DNA from: Callorhinchus milii
Lineage: Eukaryota
Length of the DNA: 64,000 nt
NCBI RefSeq assembly: GCF_018977255.1
Contig: NW_024704743.1
Location: 49,974,001 to 50,038,000, forward strand
Direction of reading: 5' to 3'
Position numbers and translations under genes: made by a program. Positions 26,910 through 40,961 of the stretch are shown here, piece by piece (position 1 is the stretch's first letter; the number at the start of each line of letters is the position of its first letter). A model generated the notes under the pieces. The model saw only the letters and a program-made list of their open reading frames with translations, was not told the origin of the DNA and did not search any database.

Positions 26910-29699
26910 GTCTAGACTATGAGCTGAAACTCCCAATGTAAGGCCTGAACTCACAAACTTCAACTGAAGTTTCAATTAAAAAACTTGTTTCAGTAAATGA
27001 GATATAGTTTGGAACATGGAAGATATTCAACTCCCAGTAATGAGTAATGAGAGCAGCACATAATAAAATGAGAGGCTGTAAAGAAATGTGTACAATGTTT
27101 TTGTGTTTTGAACCTTATCATGAAGGATTGATTGTAATGTAAAACAGAAGCATGTTTTACTATACAAATATTGTTATGTACACTCATTCAAAATTATATA
27201 TTGCAATGTTTCATATTTAAGATTATTACATTTTATCACTTCCCTTCACCACTATCCCGGCAGTTGTAAAAAAATGAAGTCTTACATACAATTAGATCAC
27301 CAAAGCAAACTCAATTACATTATTGAGTTATAGCAACTTGATTATTGATGCATTGCAAATCAGCTCAACAATTGGCACTGCGCTCACTACTCACTGCAGG
27401 GAGTTCAACACTTTCCATGATCCATCCCATTCACTGTGGTGAGCCTTCAATCGAATCCAGAAAAACGTCATTACCCAGCAGATAGGGGGAATAAAATATT
27501 ACTCCTATCTGCAATGTTTTGTATTTAAAATAGATACATTTTAATGAATTCTGAGCGTGTGTTTTTTTAAAAACTGCATTGATTAAATATACCAATGGGG
27601 CACCCAGCAAAGCCCCAGTTTTTGAAAATATAAGCAACTTCTGAGTCATTGAGAGACTACTGGAGATCTAGAGATCTTCCCATGTCTCCACACAATAAAT
27701 CACAATGCTCTCAATAATAACCCAATGGTGTTAGCACCCTTCACATGGGGTAACATCCCGGAGTGCTTGACAGTGGCAATGTTGATTATTACAGTCATTA
27801 TTTGTTAAAAAATATATTTGACACTTTTTAATGGAATTATTACAGCAAAATTCACCAACCTGGAGAGTGCATCTGTACAGCACTTTAGGATTCATTTGCT
27901 AAATTAAAAATGTAAACGTAGAAAGCCACCCGACTATGAGTGGAAAGAATGGGTACTTCACGCAATTCATGACAAAGATGGGGACAGTTTCCATTCTAAA
28001 GGGCTGAGGGAGAAACCTTCTCCTAGCGTGTTCAGTCATGAATCTGTCATTAAAGGCAGATTTTAAGGACACATTTCTGACAGCATTATCTATGAAATTA
28101 TTTATCACAGGCGATGGTTAACAAACGGAATGCATTTGGCGTTGCTACAAAAGCAACCCCAATGTCGAAATCTAATTTTAAACTTGGATTCAATTCAGAG
28201 ACAAAATGCAGAAGGCTGTTCAGCATCTATGCTGTTTACTACAGTGTAAATGTGTTTTTGCAGCATCAGATTTCAAATAAACTTTGAAACTTAAAATAAC
28301 AATGCAAAGGAGACTGGAACAGCCTTGCCTCTTTTAGTGTTCAACTATTACTCAGTCACCAGTGAATGAGTTAATCATTTGGTATTGCCAGTACTTCTGT
28401 GTAGGTTTCTTTGATCTCTCATGTTTTTTTTCATCTTGCTAAGAGTGCCAGTGGCTCTCCTTTTATCAATGTCTTGAGTGTCCTCTGATTAGGAGGCTGG
28501 AACACATTCATCTTATATTATTTATTACATTACATTAATAAATAATTTGGTCACTCAATCCACGACTGTTTACAGGACACTATTGTTCGCGATTAGCTGC
28601 CGGGTTTCGCCCTCAAAATATAGGCAATTCACTTGAGAGTATATTCTGTGAAGCGCTTTGAGACATTTCAAAGACATGATAAGGCGCTATATCAAATGCA
28701 AGGCTTATTATTATTGTAATATTTAACTGTTTCTCTGTCATCAATTAATCATTTGCTAGTGCCAATAAGTCAAAACTCAAAATAGTGACATTGTTGTGAA
28801 GGTTAAAGGATTTCCCGGTCAGTACAATGTGCTGTATGCCAAAGCTCCCACTGATGTCACTCTCCGTCTTAGTTCCACCACCCTTCCTTTTCTGCCCGAT
28901 GCCCTTGTAGGGTATTGCTCATTGATGCGACTGAAAATTCAGAGATTGAATTGAACTTTAGTCTCAGTTTTTGAGTTCCAATGAACCATGTCTGTATCCT
29001 AATCCACACTGATCCATTTAAAAATGACACTGCTTCCAACAGGTTTAGCAACTAAAAACTATTTTTTCAACACGACTTTGGCTGAAAATGTAGGTCAGAT
29101 CAGGTCAAATTTTCAGGTCATTTCCAAATCGATACATTTACAAAAATTGATTTGAAAATTACCTGAAAATTTTGACTTCTCTCCTTTCTGTGTAGTGTGA
29201 CACATCAATCTATTCTAGACCCGGGGAGGGGGGAGGAAGCAGTGAAGGGAGGAAAGAGAAATTTCTCCAGGGAGAGACGCTGATGCTTTTTGTGCTTAAG
29301 AGTTGCTCTGTACACTGTGGAGCTCAGAGACTGATGTAAAATGGCAGTCAGGCACGCTGAACTATGTCTGACTTCAGCAATTGTTTGCACCAGGTTGGTT
29401 GCATAACTACGAAAAAGCTGCTCGTCTGTCTGTCAGCTGGTGAAACTAATTCTGCTTTTATTTTTATTTTGCGGTTTCATAGGATGTGACTATTGCAAAC
29501 TACTGAACTGGTAATCTTAATGTGGAACTTGAAATTCAATCCTGAATAAAATGCAGCAGATTATTGGAAACCAAGTCAAATGTGATGACCCTCATCTACA
29601 TGTTCACTTACAAATCCCCATGAGCCAGGGACCAAGAAACAAGCCCAATACTACCTTGCCTTCATTGCAACATAGTGGGAAGGTAGGATTCACACAGAT

Positions 29700-30130
29700 T
29701 TAACACTGGAATGTTGGAATCGAGTCAACTGTCTTTGGCAGTCTTGGTAGCCCAGTTCCTGAGCCAGGAGGGTCCGCAGTACTGCAGCGCTGCTGATGAC
29801 AGCACAGCCAGCTGGACTCATCAATAGATCCAGGGAAGGACAAATCAATCAATCGGGGCAGAGACTCCTTTTACTTGTCTCCTGTTAACTGTGCAAGCCA
29901 AAGCCCTAACAGGAAGAGTGGTCCTAGCTGGACAAGCAACAAGAAGCTTGCCAGACAAGTGATATCAATGGCAAGCTCTGCGGTTTTAGTTGGTTAGACT
30001 CCTGCAGTACCCTAACAAGGTCGCTAAACCTTAGCAAGGTTCCAAACCTTGTCCTCCAGTACCTAATACTGTCTGGAATTAAACACGATGCCTCTCCAGG
30101 GAGAATTTCCATGTGTAGGTAGGATGCAAT
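29700..30130 (+). mobile_element. Same LINE family fragment (ORF end and 3' UTR)
   Basis: gtggtcctagctggacaagca...gatatcaatggcaagct...ttccatgtgtaggt. Confidence 0.75.
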
Positions 30131-30594
30131 GAAAAGTTAACCATTTCCCCTTTCAATTCAATTCATCCACTTTAATAGGCGGCAATCCAATTAATTCCAA
30201 GTGTGAGGTAGTTACTCCTTAAGTTACATTTTATTAATTGTGGTCAAATACGTAAAATGCGTATTTACTACCCCCACTTTCTAATCACTTTCCCCACAAT
30301 ATTTAAAATTGCAATAATCACAATACTCAAAAGGATCATAAAATAATTTCTAATCTAAAAAATAGATCTCTTGAAATTGTCATGTCCCTGGAGTATGATG
30401 CGTTTTCCATTTTTATCTCCCAGTATAGATCTTATGTTGAATTAGTGTTTATTTTCTGCACTAATCTTCTAAAAATCTACCATACAGCATTTGTGAAATA
30501 TCTTGAGGATTATTCTAGATTCAGTTTACAGTCAAACTTGTTACTGCAAATTTATACGGACAAGCAAAGTGCTTCTGTGAGGTTCGAGTTCCTC

Positions 30595-30786
30595 TCTTCC
30601 CCGCCCAGCCTGCCCCACCATTGCCGATCAGGCCTTCACCCTCTCTGCTTCCACCCTTTGGAACTCCATCCCGTAGTCCCTTCGCCTTGCTTGACCCTCC
30701 TCTTCGACCGCACCTTTGGCCACCCTCCTACCTCTATTCTCCCTGCCCTCCAACCCTCCTGATCCCAAATGTAATTTGTTGTTGTT
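30595..30786 (+). mobile_element. L2 3' fragment
   Basis: ggccttc...ctttggaactccatccc...ctcttcgaccgcacctttggccacc, with tail aatgtaatttgttgttg. Confidence 0.75.
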
Positions 30787-32279
30787 CCTTCCCTAAATGC
30801 AAGCAAAATTGTATCTTTTCTTTCAGTGTTCATATCGGGAAATAATAATCCTAATAATCCTTACATTTGGTACAGTGCCTTTCATGCTGGGAGGACTTTT
30901 TTTTCTTTTCTGCCCCCATCCTCTGGAACTCCATCCCTTCACCTCACCCCCTCCTTTGCTTCCTTCAAGTCCTGTCTCAAGACCTACACATGGAAATTCC
31001 CATGTCTGAAATAAAATGTTTCCAGAACTGAGTACCCACAGGTCTATGGGAATGTTAATAAATACCACAAATTAAACTTCATAGCTCCTAAAGATATTTA
31101 AGAGAATTTCAAACATATAACACACCGAATAAATATAGCAGGCAAATAACAGTTCTGCATTTTCAAGACATAGATTAGTCCAGTCAGAAATGTCAACCAA
31201 CTGGTAGGAAACCTTACTTTTTGCCCACAAGGAAATAGACCCTCAGTCAGTTAGTTCTCCTTACAGCAAGAAGGTTAAAAACATACTTATTGTCATGTAG
31301 TTGCCTCACCATGAAGCAATGTTAACCCGACCTATTATTCCTCACTTTTGTGCAGCACAGTATATTCCTTCAGTTCAGTGGCAGGATAAATGTGCGGTTC
31401 CAATTCTGTAGGGGACAGAATATGAAATCTACCTTCAAGGTTCTTGATGCATTTAGCAAGACTCGACCCTGATTCCCTTTGCAGTTTAATGCCTCTAGAC
31501 AGATGACAGCTCTTCAGTTGCTTTGCAGATGGTCTAAAATTAAAGACTAGTTTTGTTCTCAGTTCAGTTATGTTTCTGAGTATATGGAATAATGGAAACG
31601 TCAACAGTCTAATTGAAATGGATGTAGAACAGTTTGGCATTTTCCACTACAATATCTCTACGTAAAGTCTGAAAACCGTCTTCAGACTAGGGTTGAGTAT
31701 GATCTATCATCTTCTCCATCATAAAGCAGCATATCGTGTCTAGATCAAACACATGTGCTGATCATTACCATCAAATAGAAAGAATGTTTCAGTCAAATAA
31801 ATTTACTTTCAATATTTCAATAACTTGCTACAAGTAAAACATTAATATTCGGAGCCACGCAAAGGTAACAACTATGACAGGGAAGGGTATTTAAAGCTTG
31901 GATTCTTTCAAAGGCCCTGTCCTTCAGGCACTTGTGCCATCTTCATCAGAGCATTTTCTCAGAGAGCCATAAAAGGCTAAAATCTGTAAACATGTTTATA
32001 GCTTTCCATTGGTGATCAAAGGCATTTAGGTCTCTGTATGATCCATAAGCAGCGATTGTTGGGCAACAGAGTAAGTAAGTCTCTGCACTGGGATTTAAAA
32101 AAAAACTAAATAATAATAATTACATTTGATATTGCGCCTTATCATTTGAGACGTCTCAAAGCACTTTGCAGAATATACTGTAAAATAAATTGACTTTATA
32201 TTTTGTGGGCGAAATATCTACAAAGTACAGTCAATTCATTCAGTAACTACAGTCAGGATAATTCAGTAATATTCCTCAC

Positions 32280-32535
32280 ACTTCACAGGATTTCACTGTC
32301 AAGTAAAATGACTGTGTATTTGTAGGTAAACACGGGAGCCAATTTGCAATGTCCCACAAACAGCCATGAAGTGAATGACCATTTTATTCTCTTTTTGAAT
32401 AATGTAACGGGATCTTTAATATCCACCTGAATAGACAGATGGGAGCTCGGTTTAATGTTTCATTCGAAGGACTTCACCTCCAACAATGCAGCACAGCTCC
32501 AGCGCAGCATAAGAGTGTCAGCCTATGTGAGGTCA
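32280..32535 (-). mobile_element. DeuSINE
   Basis: gggatctttaatatccacctgaa; agtgtcagcct. Confidence 0.78.
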
Positions 32536-35500
32536 AAATCAACAGTGACTGTCATTTGAAGATCCATTGTTCTCCAAAAGGTACGCATTAGGGACCCTCT
32601 GCTGGAGATCTCTCAGAAACTATGAGCTGTCAATAATAATCTTTGCATTTGATTTAGAGCCTTATACCTAGCAAGTTGCCAGTCACTTCTCAGAGTCCTG
32701 TTAGAAACTGTTTGTTGCAGCTGGAGAACTCTGCAGGTCTGTACCTTGTTTTCTTGCTCAAACCAACTCTGAGGGACATTTAGGAGGAAGTGAAAATTGT
32801 GTGCTGGTGGCCTATTGGCTAGATTCAGTTAAGGATCACAGATCTTATCAGAGTGTGTACTCTAACAGAGCAACAAGGAATCATATGAAAAAGTTGTTAT
32901 GAAATTTGTCCAATATTGAGAAACCTCCCCACCCAGTTTAGAGTTTCCAGTCACTCATTCACGATAATATGACCTTGATGATTTAATTCTGCTTTTGTAT
33001 AATGCCAGCACAGAGCACATTCAGTTTCCTTGCTTACACCTGGTGAAATAACATGAATAACATATAATAATAATACTTGCATTTGATATAGCGCCTTATC
33101 ACATCTTTGAGACATCTCAAACAGCTTGACAGAATATACTGTAAAGTGAATTGACTATATTTTGTGGCCGAAACACGGCAGCCAATTGCGCATAGCGGTG
33201 TCACACAAACAGTCGTGGATTGAGTGACCAAATTATTATTATATTTATTTTTTAAGAGATTACATGAAAATAACATGAGGCAAAATAACAATGTGTTGTT
33301 TATTACACCCCTCAGTATATGGATAACCAACCGCTCTCCAATAATTTTCTCCCCATAATAGTAACCATTCTCAACAGCTAATTGTTTGTCACTACATCTA
33401 TGAATCTGCCCTACAACTACTGTGCATTGTTACTGCCAGTGGGTTACTGTATACACTGCAAATGTGTAGCTATGAATTATCCCTACAGCTACAGCTATAC
33501 ACCTTCCTCCTGTAAACCTAGTTTTCCTACGGCCATGAACCTTTGAAATGTTAACACATTTGTAACTTCATCTCAACATCTGTAAAGGCTTTGAAAAATA
33601 CTTTAGGGCTTATTGAGTTGCTACGTTTCATGGTTTATTTGTTCAATTTCTGGTTTTATGCAGTGTTTCTGGAAAGTCACTTGACAAGCGATAGGATTGT
33701 TAATCTTCGTATTTGATGTAAAGGTAATGTTTCATAAACCGCCTCTTGTGTTAATTAACCCAAAAAATGCACTATGAAACACACAAACTATACTCCACTA
33801 TTTGTTGCCAACCTCTTTTGTATGAATTGAATGCAGCACTTTCCACAGCAGACTCAATGTGGCCCGAGCTGTTAATATTTGTTGTTGTTAATTACTGTAC
33901 GTCAAACCTGGATATTTTCTAGGCTTGTTTATTATGACGTAATTTTTGACCAACATCCATTTCTTCACACCTCGTTGACCCCACTCCACATCTAGCTGAC
34001 ATCAGAACACAATTTCCTTAGCATGTGCCTCACCCCATTAAGAAACCGCCACTTCATTCCTGGTGCGTGAATGATAGAAAGTGGCACCGAGCTCTGCATT
34101 TCACTGACAGGTCCATTTGCTCGGCAACATTCAGAACTGTACTTAGGATACTTGCTGAGAGGAATCTAGTAAAATCGCCTGACATACCTAAACAAGCGAG
34201 AAACAGATGAGAATTAAAAAAGAACACCTAGATAAAAAGCCAGGAGGTACAATAAATACAATTTATATTTAAATGCGCCTTTCATGTCACAAGGCTGCCT
34301 CAAAGCACTTTAAATAATAGGTAGGGAATAGTATAACAGTAGTAGGAATGATATCCTTGCTTACAAACAGAAGCATTAAATGCTCAAAAGGTCACTTACC
34401 CAATCTGTAAATCTCAGATTTAGAAGTTCCAGGACCTCTTGCCCATGCATACAGTATCACAACAACCTAGGAAATCCATCTTTCCTATAGCCATGAATGT
34501 TAATGATTCATGTTATATAAGTCAAAATGCTTCACATTTCATAGCCTATGTGAATTGTTGAACTCAGGATTTACTGTCCTGTGTAGCTGGGAGCCATCAC
34601 GACTGTTTATGAGTGATAAACTCTAAGCGGATTCCTTGGATTTAATACTGCTTTTTGTATTTCAAATCTTAACCTTGAGACCCGAGTTCTACTGAAGCTT
34701 GATCCAGATGAATACAATTTCTCAATCCATACAATCTGCCGTACCAAAAAAAAGATGAAATTCAGTTACATGCACAAGATTATATTTCTTGTCTGAAGCA
34801 TCCAATTGAGGCCAGATAATGACAGCATTGGCTGCCCTCGACACCATGCATTAGTGATGTGATAGTGGCCACTGGTGGCTGCTGCATATTCCCATGGCAC
34901 CAGCTTAACAAACTTTTCCTGGACAAGGGCTGTGTGAGACTCATGGCAATATCGAAGGTTTGACAGCTCACAATACCACAAGTCCAATAGCGAAGAAATA
35001 GGAATCATATCCTAACAAACTCTGGACCTTTTTTTAAGATGAGAAATGTTCATTAACTAATTTTCACCTACTATATCGTGCACCAAAGCCACTTCATCCA
35101 GGTGGGACATGGAGGCAGTTTTACTTTGTACTGTATTCAGCTTTTCTTTAACAAATTAGTCAACGGGTGGCCTGCACTCAGATTACATTCTGTGTGACAA
35201 AGCCCTATTTGGATGTAACTTCAATTCTTCACTGAATACCAGACATGTGGATTAGATTTCTGGTTAATGATATTGATATAATCTCAAATACTGTAAAAAT
35301 GAACTGGATAAACACAAGGAAAGGCAGGAAGATGCACAGTGGATGTTACAGAGTTCATATAATGTACAGTAGTAAGAATATGGGTGAAAAATGCAATAGC
35401 TATGATATTGAATCTGTCATCAAAAGTTGCATTTTTCACCCCCATAGGAACAGGACTTTCAACCCTTTGAGCCTGTTCTACCATTTTATCAGATTAGTTT

Positions 35501-35548
35501 ATAGCAGACATTTTAAATCCCTTTTCCCCCACACCTTTTTTTAAAAAA

Positions 35549-35960
35549 GGTCAGCCGGGTAACTGACAAATGTGGAAACCCATCAAAATACTAAAAGAGT
35601 GTCCAAACTGAGAATTCCACGCATCCCATCTACACATGGAAATTCTCATGTAGCGGAACGGAATGTGCATTCTCCCTAGAAGGAGACAATCTGCCTACCT
35701 AATCTCAAAGAGTATTAGGTGCAGATTGGCAAGAGCCAAGGCTTTGGGACCCCAGAGTGTGTATTGGGATACTGCTGGAATCTAACCAGCGAAACCCGCA
35801 AAGCTTGCCTTTGAAGGCAAGTTGTCTGCTGCTTGTCTAGCTAGGAACGCAATACCTGTTAGGGCTTTGGCTTGCAGGATTAACAGGAGATGAGAGGGAC
35901 AAATCCCTAATCCCAGTGATTGATCCACCCTCCCATGTCCCTGCAATGAGCCAGGCTGAT
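35549..35960 (-). mobile_element. Same LINE family, 3' UTR fragment
   Basis: ggtcagccgg...agtattaggtgcagattggcaagagccaaggctt. Smaller pieces also at ~58920-59230 and ~63320-63430. Confidence 0.75.
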
Positions 35961-35989
35961 CAAACACACGCAACTATGTATTAATATGT

Positions 35990-36293
35990 GGAGTCCTGTA
36001 GCTCAGTGGTTGGAGCACTCGCCTTGCAACCTGGGTTCAATTCCAGGCAGGGTGAAACTTTGGGCAAGTTTCCTTACTCCATACGCCTAATAATAATCCC
36101 TCCAAACAACAAACCAATAATACATAGGTCATTTTCAATCCACGACTGTTTGTGGGACACTGCTGTGTGCAATTGGCTGCCGCGTTTCGCCCACAAATAT
36201 ACAGTCAATTCACTTTACAGCATATTCTGTGAAGCGCTTTGAGACGTCTAGAAGATGTGAAAAGCGCTATAACAAATGCAATTATTATTATTA
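35990..36293 (+). mobile_element. Composite SINE, short subfamily
   Basis: Similarity to 43871-44184, with a small deletion in the tRNA head. Confidence 0.93.
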
Positions 36294-38264
36294 ATGTATT
36301 GGACCACAAAGCAGATGGCACTGAGTATAACCATTTCGAAGATTGCCGATATTATCATATGTGCTCATCACAGACTGTCGATCAGGATCGCAAAGCATGT
36401 CTAAACAGTCTCCTTTTTTATGTTGACTTTTCCCTATTCACTCTGATTCACAGAACAAATGACAACAATTTGCCACAAGATATTCAGTAAAAGTTCAGTT
36501 TGAGAGGCACCAAAAGTGCTTTTTGTTGAACCCTGAAGCTGCTGGTAGCACCTTGAGAAGTGGTTTTGTCAGGATATCAATTTTTTCAGCCACACTGGAC
36601 CGCACAAGAACTTTACTTTTACTTATTGTTAAAATGCCGGTCACGCCAGCCTCACTTTAATAGCATTCAAAACCGATCCTGGTTCGTGGAGCTTTCTCAC
36701 AGACCATGAGCTCTCCTCAGGCGCTGGTGAGACCAACAAAGAGCAAAATATATAAATCCTGCTCCCGAATCCAAATCGCTTTACTTTTGTATTGCTTCCA
36801 GCTGTTATAAGACAGATATTACTGTTCCTTGCTGACCAAAAATACAGTCATATTTTAATGGTTCCCTGCTTCTCAACAATTTTTTTNCTCAAATTAACGT
36901 CAGCCTTAATATGTTCCTTTTCTTTCAACAAGAAAACTTATAAGATCTATGAAGTTACTTTATCTGCCTCTAAGATAATATCAGTCTCAAGGCGACCGTT
37001 TTGAAACGCTGAATTGCCTCTTATCTGTCTATCTGTCAACTGTAATAATACCCATGACACACTCTTAACACATTGAGAATCAGACTACTTATGTACATCT
37101 TGGTGAATACAAGAGGGGAAATAATAATAATCCATGCATTTGATATAGAGCCTTATCATGTCATTGAGAGTCTCAAAGCACTTCACAGAATATGTTGTAA
37201 AGTGGAATGACTATGTATTTTGTGGGCGAAATAAGTTAGCGCATAAAAGAATAATAAATATAATAATAATCCTTGCATTTGATATAGTGCCTTGTCATAT
37301 CTTCAAGACATCTCAAAGAACTTCTCAGAATATACTGTAAAGCGAATTGACTGTATATTTTGTGGGCGAAACGCAGTAGCCAATTGCGCACAGCAGTGTC
37401 CCACAAACAGTCATGGATTTAGTATAAATTATAAAATTTAACTGTAGAATCTTAAAAGTTCTCGAGACTCTAGGATAATATAACATGACTGGACTCCAGT
37501 GAAAAACAATCCTCCATCATCAAACAATAATAAATGTACAAGCCCTGATCTGAAAACAAGTCAACTCTCCAACCTCCCCATCCCCATCCCCCCAAGCAGT
37601 ACATGAAGAACATTCACGTCCAAATCCATTTTCTGGGTCAGAAAGCACAGATGTTTAGATGTGAAATACATTCACAAGGAAACTACATTTACCAAGCAAT
37701 ATGTGCTTTATTTCTGCGGATCTTGTGTCACTGGGCATCAGTTGTGACTCTGCCACTGGTGATAACCGCAGCTTTTCTCTTGTCAGTTATCTAACATCCA
37801 TATATGAGCTTGAGAAACCCCCGGGTATTGGGCACCATGTATGTTCAGTGGTGTCATTCTCAAACAGATGTAAGATGGCTTTGAAGTTGAATTCTTGATG
37901 CCACAAACATCTCTTCAATCTTTCTCAAGACGACTTAATCTGGCCCTGTGGGGTTGGTTCCTGACCTCTGCTTAATGCCTCCACACAGTAACAAGACCCA
38001 GCAACTCCAGATTATAGCCAAACCCATTACACTCCATAAATTGCAAAAAATCATGTGATGCATAAGTGTCCTTGTAAAACATGCATGATCACGATACTGT
38101 TTTAATCTGTCTTCCTTCACATCAGTATCCAGCGCCTTGGAACGTCCTCCTGACTGAAAGGCGCCATACAAATGTAATTTTGTTGTTGTTGTTGTACTAT
38201 TAACCAGAGGTTAAACGGACATATTCAGAGCCATAGCAACACCCATGAGAACAGAGAATTGAAA

Positions 38265-38556
38265 AACACCATTGGAGCCCATCTGGTCAGTTCCCAAATT
38301 CTCTATCCGGTCAGGTGGACGTTAATCTCATGGCATTATTCAAAAAGCGAAGGGAGTTTCTCTCAGTGTCCTAGCTAAAAATTCTCCCCGATAAAATTGG
38401 CAATTCACTTTGTGTGGGAAATTGCTGTGCGCAAATTAGCTGCTAAATTAGCCTACAAATACACAATCAGTACTTTATAATAAACTCAATGAAGCGCTTT
38501 GTGAAATCTCAACAACATGAAAAGCACGTTATCAAATATAAGGATATTTATTATTA
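38265..38556 (+). mobile_element. DeuSINE 3' part
   Basis: caggtggacgttaa; attgctgtgcgcaaattagctgc. Confidence 0.75.
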
Positions 38557-39374
38557 GGTAAAAAACTATTGCTACGCTCATTGGCCAAGGAAGCTAAACT
38601 GTAAAGCTGACCAATATAAAGACCTCAAATTTCTTTGTAACATGAAGAATCACAGACATTGCAGAATTTGTAACAAAAATGATGATAATGATAGAAATAA
38701 TTATAATCCTTGCATTTGATATAGTGCCTTATAAAGTCTTCAAGACATCTCAAAGACATCTTCACAGAATATACTGTAAAATGTAGTAACTAAGTATTTT
38801 GTGGACAAAATGCGGCAGCCAATTGTACACAGCAAGGTCCCGCAAACAGACATGGATTGAGTGACCAACTATTATTTTTTTAAAGGAATTATCACCCCCA
38901 GAAAACAATCCACAAATTGACTATTTTTAATACAAAAGGATAGAGTATTGGTATTGACAAAAATGACTATGAATTATTTGATCACTGCAATCAATGACAA
39001 TGATAGCTAATAACGCACAAAAAGAATTGACGACACTCAGACAAGTTGTGGCACATTGTTTTTTCGCAGAGGAACTTTTTTTTCCCCCAGTCGCAAGACC
39101 TAGATTTCAAACAATGCTGAGTATAACCCTATAGCTGATTGGTTAGAGCACTCGCCTTGTAAGAGAGAGGACTCGGGTTTGATTCCCGGGCAGAGTAAAA
39201 CCTTAGGCAAGTTTTCTTACTCCACACGTTTCTGTTCACCTGGAAGTAAGTAGGAACACAGTTGCGCCACCTCTCTTTGCTATGGATGTGCTGTGTAGAG
39301 TGCAGGAGACTGTGTAGAGTGCCAATTTTTACTAAACTCCCAGAATGGTCAAGGTATCCAATTTAAAATGATCT

Positions 39375-39640
39375 TTAGGTTCCTAGTGGTGAAAGAAGCC
39401 AATGAGAAATTCCATAATCCAGATCGACATTCCAAAAGTGCAATGACATGGACATTTCCAGTACAGATGATGTTTGTGGGATAAATATGTCATGTGTGCC
39501 CCCAGATATTTAGTATTTACATGTAATATCCATATCCGATGATTACAGATCATCTGGTCATTAAGCGACTGAATTGCAGTTGATGCATGACAGGGGCATT
39601 TGTGTGACATCCCATGACTCTGGGCATTTCATGCTATAAC
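39375..39640 (-). mobile_element. PIF/Harbinger transposase relic
   Basis: Degenerate peptides in the expected order: MPRVMG (cf. FPxVxGAID), SLNDQMICNHRIWILHVNTKYLG (cf. SLNVQxxCD..ILxVxAxYPGSxHD), VDLDYGISHWLLSPL (cf. GDxGY.L.PWLLTP). Confidence 0.75.
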
Positions 39641-40961
39641 TGTGATTGATGCTTGATCAGTCTGTTGGCTTCTTCTGAATTACAGAAATAAATGTGCCAG
39701 CTTTTATGTTAGAGCTTCCATCGCTTGACCAATGGCAGTGGCATACTGATGCTTGTCGTAACCCACAGAGCTACCCCTCTCACTTGAAAGAGTTGGGTAA
39801 CAGATAGATTCAATGTTGCTGCAGCATACAAGGCAGGCAAGCTAGGCTGTCGTCACAGATGATCCAACTGCCAAGTTCTGAGCTATTAAACGCTGAATAT
39901 ACAGTATCTGTTACAGAATCTCTGGGCAGCCAAACATACTGCTCTTTGCCCATACCAAGCTGAGTCAATCTCAATTTGGGAATGTGTTCCCTATGGCAGC
40001 GCCAGCAACTGCTGTCAAGTGCCTGCGCAGCCTGCAGGCTATTGTTGCTAGCAGTCAAAAACACGGTATGGCTAATTCTGTTTCAATGAGACAGCAGGCT
40101 CAACAGGACCTGCTTCTCTGTAACACACCACAGAAATGCCATCAAAGAATTGTCATCTTTAAACAGCTTTGAAAATTCACCTTAGGAGAAACAGAGCATC
40201 CCCTAAACTCTACAACACCCTCGCTCTATCACTGTAGTACTACAATTGTTCGGTCACTTCATTGGCTGTTTGTGGGACATTGCCATGTACAAACTCAGCT
40301 GTCACGTTCGCCTACAAATACAGTCACAAGAATATGACTGTTTGTGGGAAAACTGCTGTGTGCAATTGGCTGCTGCATTTTGTCCACAAAATATCAAATG
40401 CAAGGATTATTATTATTAAGAATTGTTATATATACAGTTAAGTCCTGCAAAACGCTTTGAGACTGGTTGTGGTTGTGAGAAGGCATTATATCCAATGCAA
40501 GGATTACTACAATTTGAAATGTTGCTTCAAAGCAGCCGAGTACTAATCTGCTGCACACCAACTATCTGAGTAGAAACTTAATTAAGCTCACAAATTGCAA
40601 ATAAGCTGTGCAATTTCTTCGGCATCTGATATCAGCTGGTTATACAATGCATTTTACACAACTGAGAGCTGCACACTTCTCTCTGACAATAGGAACACAG
40701 CAACCAAGTTAGTGCTGTATTCCCAGGGTGAAATCTGATCTTTTCACGCTCACAAGATTATAGGTAAAAAGGTTTGCATAGTTAATTTCTCAGTAGACGA
40801 CTTAATCTTTGCAATGCATCATTCCACTAGAAATTTAGCAACAACTTCACATCAAGTTAAGATGCTATTTACCCACATTTAGGCATTTCCGATTAGTCAC
40901 CGATCCACACAAGTATGCTATGTCTGCACCCCTTGTAAATCCCATTCCTCATTTTTTGCAA

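Noticed and set aside
34078..34091. aaagtggcaccgag, a 14-nt match to the SpCas9 tracrRNA/sgRNA scaffold
   Set aside because: Flanks do not match and there is no CRISPR context; consistent with chance.
34400..34466. Exon-like segments (here VVVILYAWARGPGTSKSEIYRL; also 8691-8766 minus and 57417-57445 plus)
   Set aside because: Unrecognised peptides, weak acceptors, and phases that do not chain into a gene model.
36887..36887. Single N base
   Set aside because: Assembly ambiguity next to a T homopolymer.
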